64,000 bases of DNA, from NCBI RefSeq assembly GCF_006345805.1, contig NC_043002.1, positions 87,048,001-87,112,000 of the forward strand, given 5' to 3'. Positions 12,553 through 25,302 of this stretch are shown in pieces. Both the position numbers and the translations under genes were made by a program. Below the pieces are notes generated by a model. It was not told where the DNA came from. It saw only the letters and a list, made by a program, of their open reading frames with translations, and made no database searches. Each line of letters begins with the position of its first letter. The first letter of the stretch is position 1. This DNA is from Octopus sinensis. Taxonomy: Eukaryota.

Positions 12553-12617
12553 GAGACACCATATTGCATTTCGATCTTATTGAATCTCGTCAATGGTCCG
12601 TACTCGAAGCGATATGC
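12553..12617 (-). CDS. Candidate 65-nt coding exon of an unidentified host gene
   Basis: Non-repetitive sequence with acceptor ttttatccAG and donor GTaagg. One open frame, AYRFEYGPLTRFNKIEMQYGVS. No homology recognised. Confidence 0.3.
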
Positions 12618-12676
12618 CTGGATAAAATTTATAGCCTTTGATACGTAGAATATTAGAAAATTCTGCATGCAATTGA

Positions 12677-12717
<41 letters not shown>

Positions 12718-12902
12718 CACACACACACGAATGGGTGAACAAACAAAAGAAAAGGGTTTTCAACACATTTAGTAGGAGTTACATGTATTATTTAAAACAG
12801 TTCCATGCAAATTAAAGTCGGTAATCTAAAGCCTGAAAGAGATGGGTTTCTGTTAGAAGCCCGGGAAACTTTAAGTCGCATAGAACCGATTCAAACTGTT
12901 TT

Positions 12903-12943
<41 letters not shown>

Positions 12944-12988
12944 ACATGCACTTCCATGTGTATACACACACACCTATGTGCATACATA

Positions 12989-13043
<55 letters not shown>

Positions 13044-13511
13044 ACATATATGCAGAATCTACATTCTAATTAATGCATCATAAACGTGTTAAGAGATTTC
13101 CCATCTCGCATACAAGGACAAAATAATGATAGTCACTTCTGCTGTTGGCGAAATATACGCATGGTCTTTATTATTAGCAGTTCTTTCAATTAAAGCTGTC
13201 CAGCGCTATATGTAGTTATCATACGATCGAAATAACCCTTCTTATTGACTGTTTCTATTTTGTCTCTGTAGTTGTTAATCACTTCATCCAAGCCTACCAC
13301 AGCTGGCTCTGTACCATGCAGCGCTCGTGCGTGTGCTATGAGAAGAATTGGTGCGCGCGCGTGTGTATGTATACATACATAAATACACACACACATATAT
13401 GAATGCATATATATATATATATATGTATATTATACATGAACATATATATACATACATATACATATATATATATGTATGTATATATATATTATATATATAT
13501 ATATATATATG

Positions 13512-13601
<90 letters not shown>

Positions 13602-13610
13602 ATATATAAT

Positions 13611-13696
<86 letters not shown>

Positions 13697-13918
13697 GTAT
13701 ATATATATATATTATATATATATATATATAATATATATATGCATATGTGTATATTGTATGTATTGGATATAGATATACGGTGTTTATTATGTATATGATT
13801 TATAAATGTGCGTGTATGTAGATCTATCTATCTATCTATCTATCTATCTACTTAAACATAAATATACATATACATACATATACAAACATACGCTCCCTCA
13901 CACCCACATACACCCCCC

Positions 13919-13950
<32 letters not shown>

Positions 13951-14127
13951 GAGTGAAGGCTGAACTTTTCGTGGGAATGTTAGTGCGAACATTTTATTAC
14001 TACAGAATACAATGCGTAGCGCAATTTTTTCCTAATTTCCATACGACACCTCCTCAATCAGCTGTACACAAATGTGAGTGAGCGCGCGAGTTTGTGTATG
14101 TGTGTGTGCGTGAGTGTGTGTGTGTGT

Positions 14128-14163
<36 letters not shown>

Positions 14164-14837
14164 GTGTGTGTGTGTGTTTGCGCTGTCGTTTCTTAAAGCG
14201 ATCAACTATCACAGACTTCCACAAAAATCTTCGTAAGCCAATAGCAACACCTGTATAAGTCTGTAATTACTGAAGTAGCACTGAAAGAAAATGGCTTAGA
14301 AATAAATATACGACGAACTCATATAAATATGCACTTTGTCCCTGGGCGAAATTAGGCCCATGTAAGTCTTTCTAGCAGTTAAGGATGATAATCAAACCAA
14401 CTGGTTTTATTGTTATTTAATAATTGATCGCTTCCTTGTATTTCTCCTTTCTTCCTTCATTCATTCATACAATTTTCATTTCGGTAAATATCAGCAGTAA
14501 GCTTTCCAAATAACGGCAAAGCATCGGATATTTGAGATGCCATTATTGTGAATTTTCCGTTGTCAAGGAAGGTCTTTATTTTCGTCTTTCTTACTTTCTT
14601 TTGTATATTTCAACGCATATAATTACATAAATAAATTTGGTTAATGCATTTTATTTTATAAATGAAGTTGGTACAGAAAATAAGGAATAGAAATGCATGA
14701 CAGGTCGGAAGCAGCAAAATCAAAGCAAACTTCAACACATTTTCTTTAACGAGGGCCAATTTTCGAAAGTGCCGTAAATCTGAAGTTTCATTTAGTGTGG
14801 TTGTTATGAATTCGGAACTTGTTACTAATTTGAAACC

Positions 14838-15237
14838 ATCTTTAATCTGTTACTTGTTTCAGTCATTGAACGGCGGCCCTGCTGGGGCATTGCATTGAAG
14901 AATTTTAATCGGATGAATTGACTCCAGCGTGATACTTGGTCTATAGGTCTCTTTCGCCGAACCAGTAAGATACGAGGGCGTAAACACACCAACACCGGTC
15001 GTCGTGACACAAAGATGCGCACCTTCACACACAATCACACGCACGCACGCTCTCCCCCCCCCCACAGATATATATATACGACGCACTTCTTCCAGTTTCT
15101 GTCCACCCAAATCCACTTGCAAGGCTTTGGTCAGCCCGAGGCTATAGTGGAAGACACTTACCCAAGGTGCTACGCAGCGGGGCTGAACTCGGAATCATGT
15201 GATTGGGAAGTAATCTTCATACCACATGGCCACACCG
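14838..15237 (-). mobile_element. SINE S4, near full length
   Basis: Head gtgtggccatgtggtatgaag...ccgagttcagccc, body ggccgaccaaagccttg, tail aatgactgaaacaagtaa. Confidence 0.85.
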
Positions 15238-15433
15238 GTTTGAATTTTTCAAATACTCAAACTCTGTATGGTTAAATATGAATGACTGAAATAATAGCAT
15301 CTATTCGTTTTTTTTACCTCGTAAATTTTCTGTTAAAATTACATTATAATGTAATCGCTGTTTCACCCGATGCTCAGGGAACAATTTTTTCCCCTAAGAG
15401 AAGCCTCGAAAATATACACTGTATCCTAGAGCA

Positions 15434-15590
15434 GCGGTTCCCAATCGTTTTTTTTTTTCTTTTGCACTTCGGACCGGTGCAAGACAATTTTCCCACAGAC
15501 TGTGAGATCACACGCATAACAAAACACAGTAAAGTGCGGCCTTGTATCAATTGATTTGCACGGCCCGGTACCAAATGATCCACGGCTCGA
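15434..15590 (+). mobile_element. hAT (Charlie-like) MITE left end; possible right end at about 16915-16927
   Basis: cagcggttcccaa terminus preceded by tcctagag. The distant ttgagaaccaccg is followed by ccctaggt (CTAG-centred target). Confidence 0.4.
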
Positions 15591-15614
15591 TGAATTCTTC
15601 ACGTGCCAGTTTTA

Positions 15615-16036
15615 GGATCTTTTCGGTTTGAACGGCAGTTTTTTCTAGCGGTGTCATATGAAATCGTCACCCATAATTATGACCCTAGTATCGATCTATT
15701 GCATTTCAATCTATTTTAGGGTTAGGGTTAGTTAGGGTTAGGGGTGGGGGGAAGGGTATCTTTTTTTCTTCACAAATGTAAACAAACCCAATCTGTTTCT
15801 TAAACGAGGGACATATTCATACGGCACAGAATGTTTTCACCTCAATAGACGTCATTGATTGGTTGAAATTGCAGAAATTGAAGAAAAAAACAAATATCTT
15901 ACAAACTATAGAATTTTCTCAATAAAGCCAAAAGAAAAATATGTTTTATAAACACATTCTACCAGTATACGAAGTTTAAAAGTGTTTAGTTACGTGGAAA
16001 TTATTTAAAAAAACTGGCGGTCAACTGAAAAGATCC
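15615..16036 (+). mobile_element. GGATC-MITE full copy (Merlin-like non-autonomous DNA transposon)
   Basis: ~29-bp TIRs with GG...CC termini. Perfect 8-bp TSD cagtttta. Confidence 0.9.
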
Positions 16037-16094
16037 CAGTTTTAATTTCCAAAGCTAAATTACCTAAGCTAAACTTTCTATACTGTAAAATATA

Positions 16095-16399
16095 CTGTAA
16101 GATATTTGTTGTTTTTTCTTCTTCAATTTCTGCAATTTCAACCAATCAGTGACGCGTATTGAGGTAAAAAAAAAACATTCTGTGCCGTATGAATATGTCC
16201 CTCGTTTAAGAAACAGATTGGGTTTATTTACATTTGTGAAGAAAAAAAGATACCCTTCCCCCACCCCTAACTCTAACCCTAACTAGCATTAACCCTAAAA
16301 CAGATTGAAATGCAATAGATCGATACTAGGGTCATAATTATGGGTGACAATTTCATATGACACCGCTAGAAAAAACTGCCGTTCAAACGGAAAAGATCC
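16095..16399 (-). mobile_element. GGATC-MITE partial copy, inverted relative to the neighbouring copy
   Basis: Reverse complement of about 15615-15905. Confidence 0.88.
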
Positions 16400-16940
16400 C
16401 CTGAACGTAACGCCACCCCCTGCCTCTTACCATTACATATCTTAGGCAATTACAAAACATTTCCGTAAAGTATGACAAAGAGTGGGGATCTTGTTTTATG
16501 TTTATCTTCTTTTTTTTTACATCAAAATTTTCAAGTCAAAGTTAGGGAGTGTCTTCGAGGTCGGGGTGTCCTCGATTGCCAGATGATGCACTAATTAGTT
16601 GCAACCACTGCAATAACTTAAACCGTTACCATAACAACGCCATAAACTATGGCTGCAACAACGCTATAAACATTGTACGAAAATAAATGGTTTCCGTTCA
16701 TGTCAACAAGTAAATGCGATCGGGTTGTTGTTGTTAGTGATGTTGTTCTTTTCGGTAGTTGTTGCAAATATCCAAAACGAGATACATAAATACCTGCTAG
16801 ATAGGAAGGTATAAGTAAAACTGGTGTGTAAAATTTGCTTCTGCTTCTGTTGGATTAATCTGCCTTTCTTTTTTAATGCCATTTAGTGAAAGGAAGAGGG
16901 TGAGCTATGAAATATTGAGAACCACCGCCCTAGGTTTTAG

Positions 16941-17006
16941 TGGTGTGTTCCAATATGAGATTGTTGGATTTGATCGAAGCTCTTCTAAGAAGACTGACGA
17001 TCGTAG
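16941..17006 (+). CDS. Candidate 66-nt exon
   Basis: Acceptor ttttAG and donor AG|GTATGG. Two open frames (GVFQYEIVGFDRSSSKKTDDR or VCSNMRLLDLIEALLRRLTIV). No homology recognised. Confidence 0.22.
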
Positions 17007-17325
17007 GTATGGTTCAGGGAAGTATTTGCTTTCAGTACTGTGAATTAATTAAATTTTCAACAGTTATGCAGACTCCTGGCCGCTAAAAGCAAAGAGATGT
17101 TCCTCAACGTCGTACTTTTTGTTTTTTTGCAATTCAGTTGGTGAGTCAATGAAATCAATTCCGCATTTCTGTAAAAGTCGTCATTGTACCTATATAAAAG
17201 AAATCAATAATATCTAACGATCTCCCAAGGCAATCACACATTTATAACATTGAAAAAAAAAATTGGATCCCGAAAACAGTAAGTACACTAATATTCCTAG
17301 ACCAGTCGAGGAACACAGACAGCAA

Positions 17326-17692
17326 GGAGGCGTAATGGCCTAATTGTTAGGGCAGCGGACACGCAGTCGGAGGATCGCGGTTTCGATTCCCAGACCGGGC
17401 GTTGTGTGTATTTATTGAGCGAAAACACCTAAAGCTCCACGAGGCTCCGGCAGGGGGTGGTGGTGACCCCTGTTGTACTCTTTCGCTACAACTTTCTCTC
17501 ACTCTTTCTTCCTGTTTCTTGTCCCCGACTTCCTACGCAACCGCTGATCCTGGATGCGCATTCATTCATCCGTCGATGCTCTCGGTGTCGGGGTTTGACC
17601 TGCTTTCTCTTCTGCGGGTCTTACGAATAGCAAAGGACCACGTTTCGGACTTCTCCCATCTTGCGAGCTCTGGGACAAAGACCGTTCGCTCA
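17326..17692 (+). mobile_element. SINE with S1b head and a distinct 3' half (tail T3)
   Basis: tRNA-like head. 13-bp TSD aca(c/g)agacagcaa at 17313-17325 and 17693-17705. Confidence 0.8.
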
Positions 17693-18229
17693 ACAGAGAC
17701 AGCAAAGTCTTTTGTCCGACGTTCTGACGATTCTGCTAATTTGACGCTGTCTGATAGTTTTCTACTTAAGTACTAAGCCAAGTTAGAAGAGATAAGCTAA
17801 TTAAATCAACTCCGATTCTTGTCTGCTATTTTATTTTTATTAACGCCAGAAGGATGAAAGACAGGGTCGACTCGCACGGGATTTGGACTCAGGTATAGGA
17901 CGACAAATTTTGTGGGAAATCAAAAGTGAAATCAAAAGTGAAATCAACCACATGACAGGTATTCGAGGAAAAGAAACTACAAGAGCAGAAAGGCTTTTTA
18001 CCAGGGGGCACGACAATAGTCAAAGGCTGAGAATTAGTAGAAAGACAAATCACCCGATAAATAAGTTTAAGAGAATGCAGAAGAATGATCATAGCTGTAT
18101 ATTTAGAACAGAAATTAAAAAAAAAACAAACAAACAAAAAAACGATGTCTTAGCTTTAAAAGGGCTGAAGTTTAGCTGTCAGAAATAGAACCAACAATCC
18201 AAAAAACTCATCTTTGGACTCGATCAAGG

Positions 18230-18334
18230 AATGGAAAATATCAGCACTAGTTTAGATGTAATAATATGTACAAGAGCGAAGAAGAGTCTTGTAAAAATGA
18301 AGAATTCATTCGGAGGAAAGATAATGACAAATAC

Positions 18335-18384
<50 letters not shown>

Positions 18385-18885
18385 GCCAACCTACATAGCC
18401 ATTGATTTGGAATAGAGCTAATATAACCATTTTAAGAAGGATCTTAAGAAAAAAGTTAAACCTAGAAGATTCAGGAAAAGCAGTATCAAATACAGAACTA
18501 GGAATATCATCCGAATTCCTGTAACAATTAATAGAAAGAAGTTTCTATTGAGTTAAAAGTTATTAATGAGCACCCAATTGAATACAGGCCAAGCTCAAGA
18601 AAAGCAACCACTTTCACACAATGAGACAAATCAGACTCTTCTTTCTCGTCACAAAGAATAGTCACCAGCAGAGATAGCAAGGTTAGATGTGCTATCCGGA
18701 AGATCGCTAATAGAAACTGAAAACAAGATTGGGACCAAGAATAAAGCTTAAGAAACACCAGATGAGATGCAGTAAGTAGAAGAATGGAGGTCATGTAGAA
18801 CAACTTCAATGGTGCATTCATACAGAAAAGATTCTAGAATCTCAAGGATCCGCTCATAAATTCCATACGACTTAAGCTTATGGAG
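18230..18885 (-). mobile_element. CR1/L2-group LINE reverse-transcriptase remnant, heavily decayed, with a (TA)n insertion
   Basis: Minus strand LKSYGIYERILEILESFL...ISSGVS*SFILGP (SGVPQGSILGP-like) and YLSSE*ILHFYKTLLRSC. Confidence 0.7.
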
Positions 18886-18992
18886 GAGACTATTATGCTA
18901 AACCTTGTTAGATATTTTCGATATGTTACGGGCAACAATTGTCTAAAATACGATAGAATCATTCGCTTATCACAGTCGATCGGTGATGGAGT

Positions 18993-19294
18993 TGTTTGTT
19001 CCTTCTCGAGTCATGCCTGGCTCATAAGGGACGGTTTCCCGGTTTCTTGGCATATAGGTTCCACACCTGGACGGGACGCCGGTCCGTTGCAGGTGCGCTG
19101 CAAGATGCAGGAGGAAAGAGTGAGAGAAAGTTGTGGCGAAAGAGTCAGCAGAAGTTTCGCCATTACCTTCTGCCGGAGCTGCGTGGAGCTTAGGTGTTTC
19201 GCTCATAAACACACACATCGTCCGGTCTGAGATTCGAACCCGCGATCCCTCGACCGCGAGTTCGCTACTCTAACTACTAGGCCATGTGCCTCCA
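18993..19294 (-). mobile_element. SINE S1, full length
   Basis: Reverse complement of the S1 sequence. Imperfect TSD cggtgatggagt / cagtaatggagt. Confidence 0.9.
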
Positions 19295-21034
19295 CAGTAA
19301 TGGAGTGCGAAGTATGAAAACAGATCGTGTGAATCTATGTACAAGACAAGAACCTAATCGATTAAAGACTAAAAAAAAAAGGGAAAAAAAAGAAAAAAAT
19401 ATCTTGTAGGAAAAAGAAAAGATCTGTAGGAAGAAGACTGATTGGACGGTAGTTACGAAGAATAGAACGTTCATCAAAGAATTTGAAAACAGGAATCAAA
19501 GACCAGTTTCAAGTAGACTGGGAAGGAAACCCCATCTCTGATGTACAAAATATAGCATGGACACAGCTGGAACATCTTTGACCCGCACTATATATTCTAA
19601 ATATTCCAGAAAGGGTTAGTTTAGCGCAAATATATAAGTTGATTAAATGGCAGGAAATAGTAATCGTAACATACCTGGGTTACTATAGTAGTACGGCTTG
19701 CTGACCTTTTAATGATGGTAAACTACACTTTTGTGTCACTAAATATGAAAGAAAGCACTTTAAATATACGGGGGCGCGACTGCTAGACGCTCTATCTCTT
19801 GTGGAAATATAATTATATCTTGATTCACTACATTAGTTTCGATTTGACTCGCTGATGAATTATCGTAAAGTCGGTAAATAGAGCAACGTAATGGGGCTCA
19901 CGTGAGTAATTTTGGGTGGTCAATGCTGGTAACTAATCTTTATTTTTAACTGCAAACATGCTATATCAGAAATATCATACTCTGCTGTTGGACAAGTTCT
20001 CGAGAAAAAAAGTTAGAAGGCAACATACCGTATCTGTCCTAGGTCATCAGCATAACCTCAAGAACTTGAATAACCTTGAGCTTAGAGAGTCATAGCACAA
20101 ATGTTCTAAACACGACTTATGTGAGAAACTTTCTGTGATTTGGGTTACTATTATTTTCAATCAACATTTTCTATTCTCACACATAAAAAAAAATTAGTGT
20201 TGCCAACTTTTGGGAATCAAAATATAGAAACGGAAGTGGGGAGATCGCGAAAGCTTAAAAATATTTTAAAAATTCTTTTGTTCTTTCCGGATCTTAGAAC
20301 TTTTAAAAGAAATTTCAAATCGCGCTTAAATTATTTGAAAAATGTGAACATATTTTAAAAAATTTCTTTTTTAAACGAAAAACTTTATTTACTCTGCAAG
20401 TAATACGCATGTAATTTCGATTAGTTAGCATTGATTGCATGCAAGAAATCTTAGACATAAATTCAATAAAGTGAAATTCTAAGATAAAATTTTTATTTTC
20501 ATCTGAATGAATATTACTTTTCCGATTTCACACTTTGTAAAGATTTTGTGTTATATAATACAAATTAATGGCATATACGGCGTTTGCTGGTTAATATAGG
20601 GCACAGGACAGTGTACTGAAATATAGAATTGTATTTTAATAGAACGCTTGTTAACCTGCAAAACACTACCAGATTACCAAACCCCTTGTTATTTGAATGA
20701 TTTTAAAAATGATGAAAATGCTCAGGTCAGACTTTTGGAGGTTAGAAACCAATCGATTATATCGCCTCCAGTAAATGGCTGGCAGTGTGTTGTTTAAGCT
20801 GTGTACTTGTGCACGCGGGTAGATTTCACAAGTAGCGCACGAAAGGAAAAAAAAATGTGCGCACACAAGATTTTCAAGATGAAATCGGATTTTTTTAATT
20901 GAAGAAATTTGAGTGATGGTTCCGCGCATAGATGCGCATACACTTCATAACGAAACACAAAATTTGCAAACAATTTCTGCGTACACCAATAGTAAAAAAA
21001 ATTAGCTGGAATAGTGTTGACCAGTACTTTATTT

Positions 21035-21461
21035 GGATCTTTTCGGTTTGAACGGCAGTTTTTAACATAATTTCTAGGTAACTAAACACTTTTAAACTTC
21101 GTATACTGGTAGAATGTGTTTATAAATCATCTTTTTCTCTTGGCTTTATTGAGAAAATTCTATAGTTTGTAAGATATTTGTTGCTTTTTGTCTTCAATCT
21201 CTGCAATTTCAACCAATCACTGACGTCTATTGAGGTAAAAAAACATTCTGTGCCGTATGAATATGTCCCTTGTTTAAGAAACAGATTGGGTTTATTTACA
21301 TTTGTGAAGAAAAAAAGATACCCTTCCCCCGCCCCTAACCCTAACTAACCCTAACCCTAAAATAGATTGAAATGCAATAGATCGATACTAGGGTCATAAT
21401 TATGGGTGACAATTTCATATGATACCGCTAGAAAAAACTGCCGTTCAAATCGAAAAGATCC
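21035..21461 (-). mobile_element. GGATC-MITE full copy
   Basis: Both TIRs present. Degenerate TSD ctttattt / cttaattg. Confidence 0.9.
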
Positions 21462-21743
21462 CTTAATTGTACTTTTATCATGAATTGTTATGGTGCAAGC
21501 ATGTGAAAGTGAATAATTACTTTCAATCAAGATCATCAGTGTTAATTATGTTCTCTACTATTCTTCTAGACAATGGTCGTCTGAAATGTTCAGCATTTTC
21601 TTCAGAATATAAATTGTTTCGAAGTTATCTTTCAGCCTGGAAGAAAGAAAATTTCTTTAGTTTTATTTTATTGTCGAGTTTTAGTCATCGGCTAATGTCG
21701 ATCATTACTGATTTTTGTTCTTTTTCCAGCAAATTATAACGTT

Positions 21744-21955
21744 GGCGGCGAGATAGCAGAGTCGTTAGCACGCCGGGCGAAATGCTTAGCAGTATTTTGT
21801 CTGTCGCTACGCTCTGAGTTCAAATTCCGCCGAGGTCGACTTTGCCTTTCATCCTTTCGAGGTCGATAAATTAAGTACTAGTTGAGTACTGGGGTCGATG
21901 TGATCGACTTACCCCTACTCCCAAAATGTCAGGTCTTGTGCCTATAGTAGCAAAA
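21744..21955 (+). mobile_element. SINE S3 (tail type a)
   Basis: ggcggcgagatagcagagtcgttagc...gagttcaaattccgcc...gtcttgtgcctatagtag. Confidence 0.85.
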
Positions 21956-22189
21956 AATTATTACTATTATTGTTGTTTAGTTCCGGACCAGCTCTGAATG
22001 AGTAGTTCTGCCTTCATAGGCATTCCAGCCACGATCATCCCGTTTTACTCCCACATTGCCTTTAGGAACACATTAGTAAGCGTATCATTTTCTTTTATAA
22101 TTATGGTAGGGTGTGATTTTGAGGGAGATCTAGTTACTATATATATATAGCAGAACAGGTGACCACTAAGAAACTGGAGCATAAAATGG

Positions 22190-22320
22190 GATGTTACTAG
22201 AGGTAGCTGGTTCCAAAGAGTATTGACCTTTGTGGTATCGATGGGAAAAAGAAAAGGATGGTATTGTCCAAAGATATGTTAGTGAGTTGTAAACTAGAAT
22301 TGAACTAAAAAAGATTTCGT
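22190..22320 (-). mobile_element. CR1/L2 3'-end fragment
   Basis: Minus-strand VNTLWNQLP matches the conserved WNxLP C-terminal motif. Confidence 0.4.
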
Positions 22321-22986
22321 TTTAAGTTTCTTTGTTAATTGGGAATAATTAATTTTCTCACGCCTTGAGTTCAAATCCAGCAGAGGTCAGAAGTACTTTC
22401 CATCCTTCTGCAGGATCAATAAAATAAGGAGCCTATATTAGAAAACCAATAATTATTTTCCCTCACTAAAATCACGTTCGTTGGTTCTTTTGTTTATTTT
22501 TATTATGATGACCAAGTTATAACTGGAGCAACGCCTTGAATGCCACTTTACATTTTGTTCCTGTTCGAAGGAACTGATTAATATATCCTACAAACACAAA
22601 TATCAGAATGTATTATATCTTTCACGGCATCCCCTCCACCACACCATCACTCATCTACTATCACATTTTAAATCTGTTTTGTTTGTCGTTTATTTTTGTC
22701 AATATTTGCAAACTTGATTAACATTGTATACATACATGTACTAGGAAACTAACAAATCTCGTCGAATGGAATCAATTAGAAAAAAAAAAAAAAACACCAA
22801 ATAAATAAATAAATAAAAAGCGATCGCTTTTATTTTTTCGTAAATGGAATACGGTCAATGTATGCAAGCATCTTCAAAAGAAGGAATTACATGGACCTAT
22901 AAATGGACAAAGATCGATAACTGATCAGTGTGAACAAGAATATATTATAGACATAAAAATGTCGTACTTTCTAATACGGTATTCAT

Positions 22987-23039
<53 letters not shown>

Positions 23040-23378
23040 TATCTATCTATCGATCTATGCATCTTCACTCCCCTTCTCTGAGACTGTTTTTTTTTCTCTG
23101 TCTCTTCTCTTACCATATTTATAGGCGTGTGTGCATGCGTGCGTGCATGTGTCACGCGCACGCGTGTATTTGTCTCCGAGTCTATCGTATTAATCGTTTG
23201 TATATAGGAAATTAGGTTAATGTATGCAAGCTTCTTGCTCATCAATATGCACGCTCTTATTTAAGTATGCGTGTACATAAATACATACATACATACATGC
23301 GTACATACATACACACACATATATACACACATAGGTTTGTATGTATATATATATATATAAATAAGTATAAATGTATGT

Positions 23379-23450
<72 letters not shown>

Positions 23451-23606
23451 TATACATCCATATGTATGTGTGTATGTACGTATGTGTGTATGTATGTTTG
23501 TATGTATGTATGTGTGTGTATGTATGTATGTGTGGGTGTATGTATGTATGTATGTATGTATGTATGTATGTGTGTATGTATGTATGTATGTATATATGTA
23601 TGTATG

Positions 23607-23640
<34 letters not shown>

Positions 23641-23803
23641 TGTATGTATGTATGCTCAAAACGTTTTTCTTAGTTCGGTTTTCAAACTATTTAATCACCG
23701 ATCCAAAACAGAAGTAAGATGTTTAATAAATACACCATGGAAAACACATATTAGCCTTTCCCAAAACTCCCAATGATTGTTAATTTAAATATTTATTATT
23801 TAT

Positions 23804-23912
23804 TGTCAAAATTTTCGTCGCACCGAGTGCCACCTGGTCAGTGACGTGATTCCAGATGCAGTGGATGCACGTCAGTGATCAGGTCGCAGTTAGTGTGACG
23901 AAATTTTTAACA
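23804..23912. mobile_element. Small palindromic (hairpin) MITE-like element
   Basis: tgtcaaaattttcgtcgcac...cctggtcagtgacgtg pairs with cacgtcagtgatcagg...gtgtgacgaaatttttaaca. Confidence 0.65.
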
Positions 23913-24010
23913 CTAAGTAATACATACTTAAATGAAGTTAACAGTCTTTGTGTATTTTTGAACGGCTAATAAGTCTCTTCAACGCAGTAATTGTTTTAAT
24001 TTCAACCCAC

Positions 24011-24450
24011 GGATCTTTTCGGTTTGAGCGGCGGTTTTTAACATAATTTCTAGGTAACTAAAAAATTTAAAACTTCGTATTATGGTAGAATGTGTTTATA
24101 AAACATCATTTTCTCTTGGCTTTATTAAGAAAATTCTATAGTTTGTAAGATATTTGTTGTTTTTTTTCTTCAATTTCGGCACTTTCAACCAATCAATGAC
24201 GTGTATTGAGGCAAAAAAACATTCTGTGCCGTATGAATATGTCCCTCGTTTAAGAAACATATTGGGTTTATTTACATTTGTGAAGAAAAAAAGATACCCT
24301 TCCCTCCACCCCTAACCCTAACACTAACCCTAACTAACCCTGACCCTAAAACAGATTGAAATGCAATAGATCGATACTAGGGTCATAATTATGGGTGACA
24401 ATTTCATATGACACCGCTAGAAAAAACTGCCGTTCAAACCGAAAAGATCC
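24011..24450 (-). mobile_element. GGATC-MITE full copy
   Basis: Both TIRs present. TSD caacccac / caatccac (7/8). Confidence 0.9.
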
Positions 24451-24888
24451 CAATCCACTGTCTCCGATCAAGTATACCTTTCAAGTATACCTCCGGAATT
24501 TTAAATATTATTTAGTTAAAAAAACAAACGAAAAATCGCAAATAAATACAGATTTCGACCTACATATTTAATGTTGAGTCAAACGGTTAGTGTGACATAA
24601 CATTTATGCAGTGTTACTTGTTTTATTTGTTTCACTTATCTCAAAAAAGATTGAATAGTTTGCCATGAGAAATCTATAACTGTACTGTACAGTAATAGAT
24701 TACATACAGTATTTGTGGGTTGTAAATAGAACAGTAAAATATATAAATAATACGACTTAAATCTAGAAACAAAACAAAAATAATGGCGACTACAAAATAT
24801 TTAAATATAACTCGACATCGCTTTACTCAGCAGTTTTTAATTTTTTGTTTTGTGTTTTTTTTTAGCAATTTTCGTTATTTGAGAATTT

Positions 24889-25302
24889 GGATCTTTTCGG
24901 TTTGAACGGCAGTTTTTAACATAATTTCTAGGTAACTAAAATATTTAAAACTTCGTATACTGGTAGAATGTGCTTATAAAACATCTTTTTCTCTTGGCTT
25001 TATTGAGAAAATTCTATAGTTTGTAACATATTTGTTGCTTTTTTTCTTCAATTTCTGTAATTTCAACCAATCAGTGGCGTCTATTGAGGTAAAAAAAAAC
25101 ATTCTGTACCGTATGAATATGTCCCTCGTTTAAGAAACAGATTGGGTTTATTTACATTTGTGAAGAAAAAAAAGATACCCTTCCCCCACCCCTAACCCTA
25201 AAACAGATTGCAATGCAACAGAGCGATACTAGGGTCATAATTATGGGTGACAATCTCATATGACACCGCTAGAAAAAGCTGCCGTTCAAATCGAAAAGAT
25301 CC
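24889..25302 (-). mobile_element. GGATC-MITE full copy
   Basis: Both TIRs present. Perfect 8-bp TSD gagaattt. Confidence 0.92.

Noticed and set aside
19990-20100. Minus-strand YADD (GYADDLGQI) as an RT remnant
   Set aside because: Only the tetrapeptide is convincing; neighbouring RT motifs could not be recovered.
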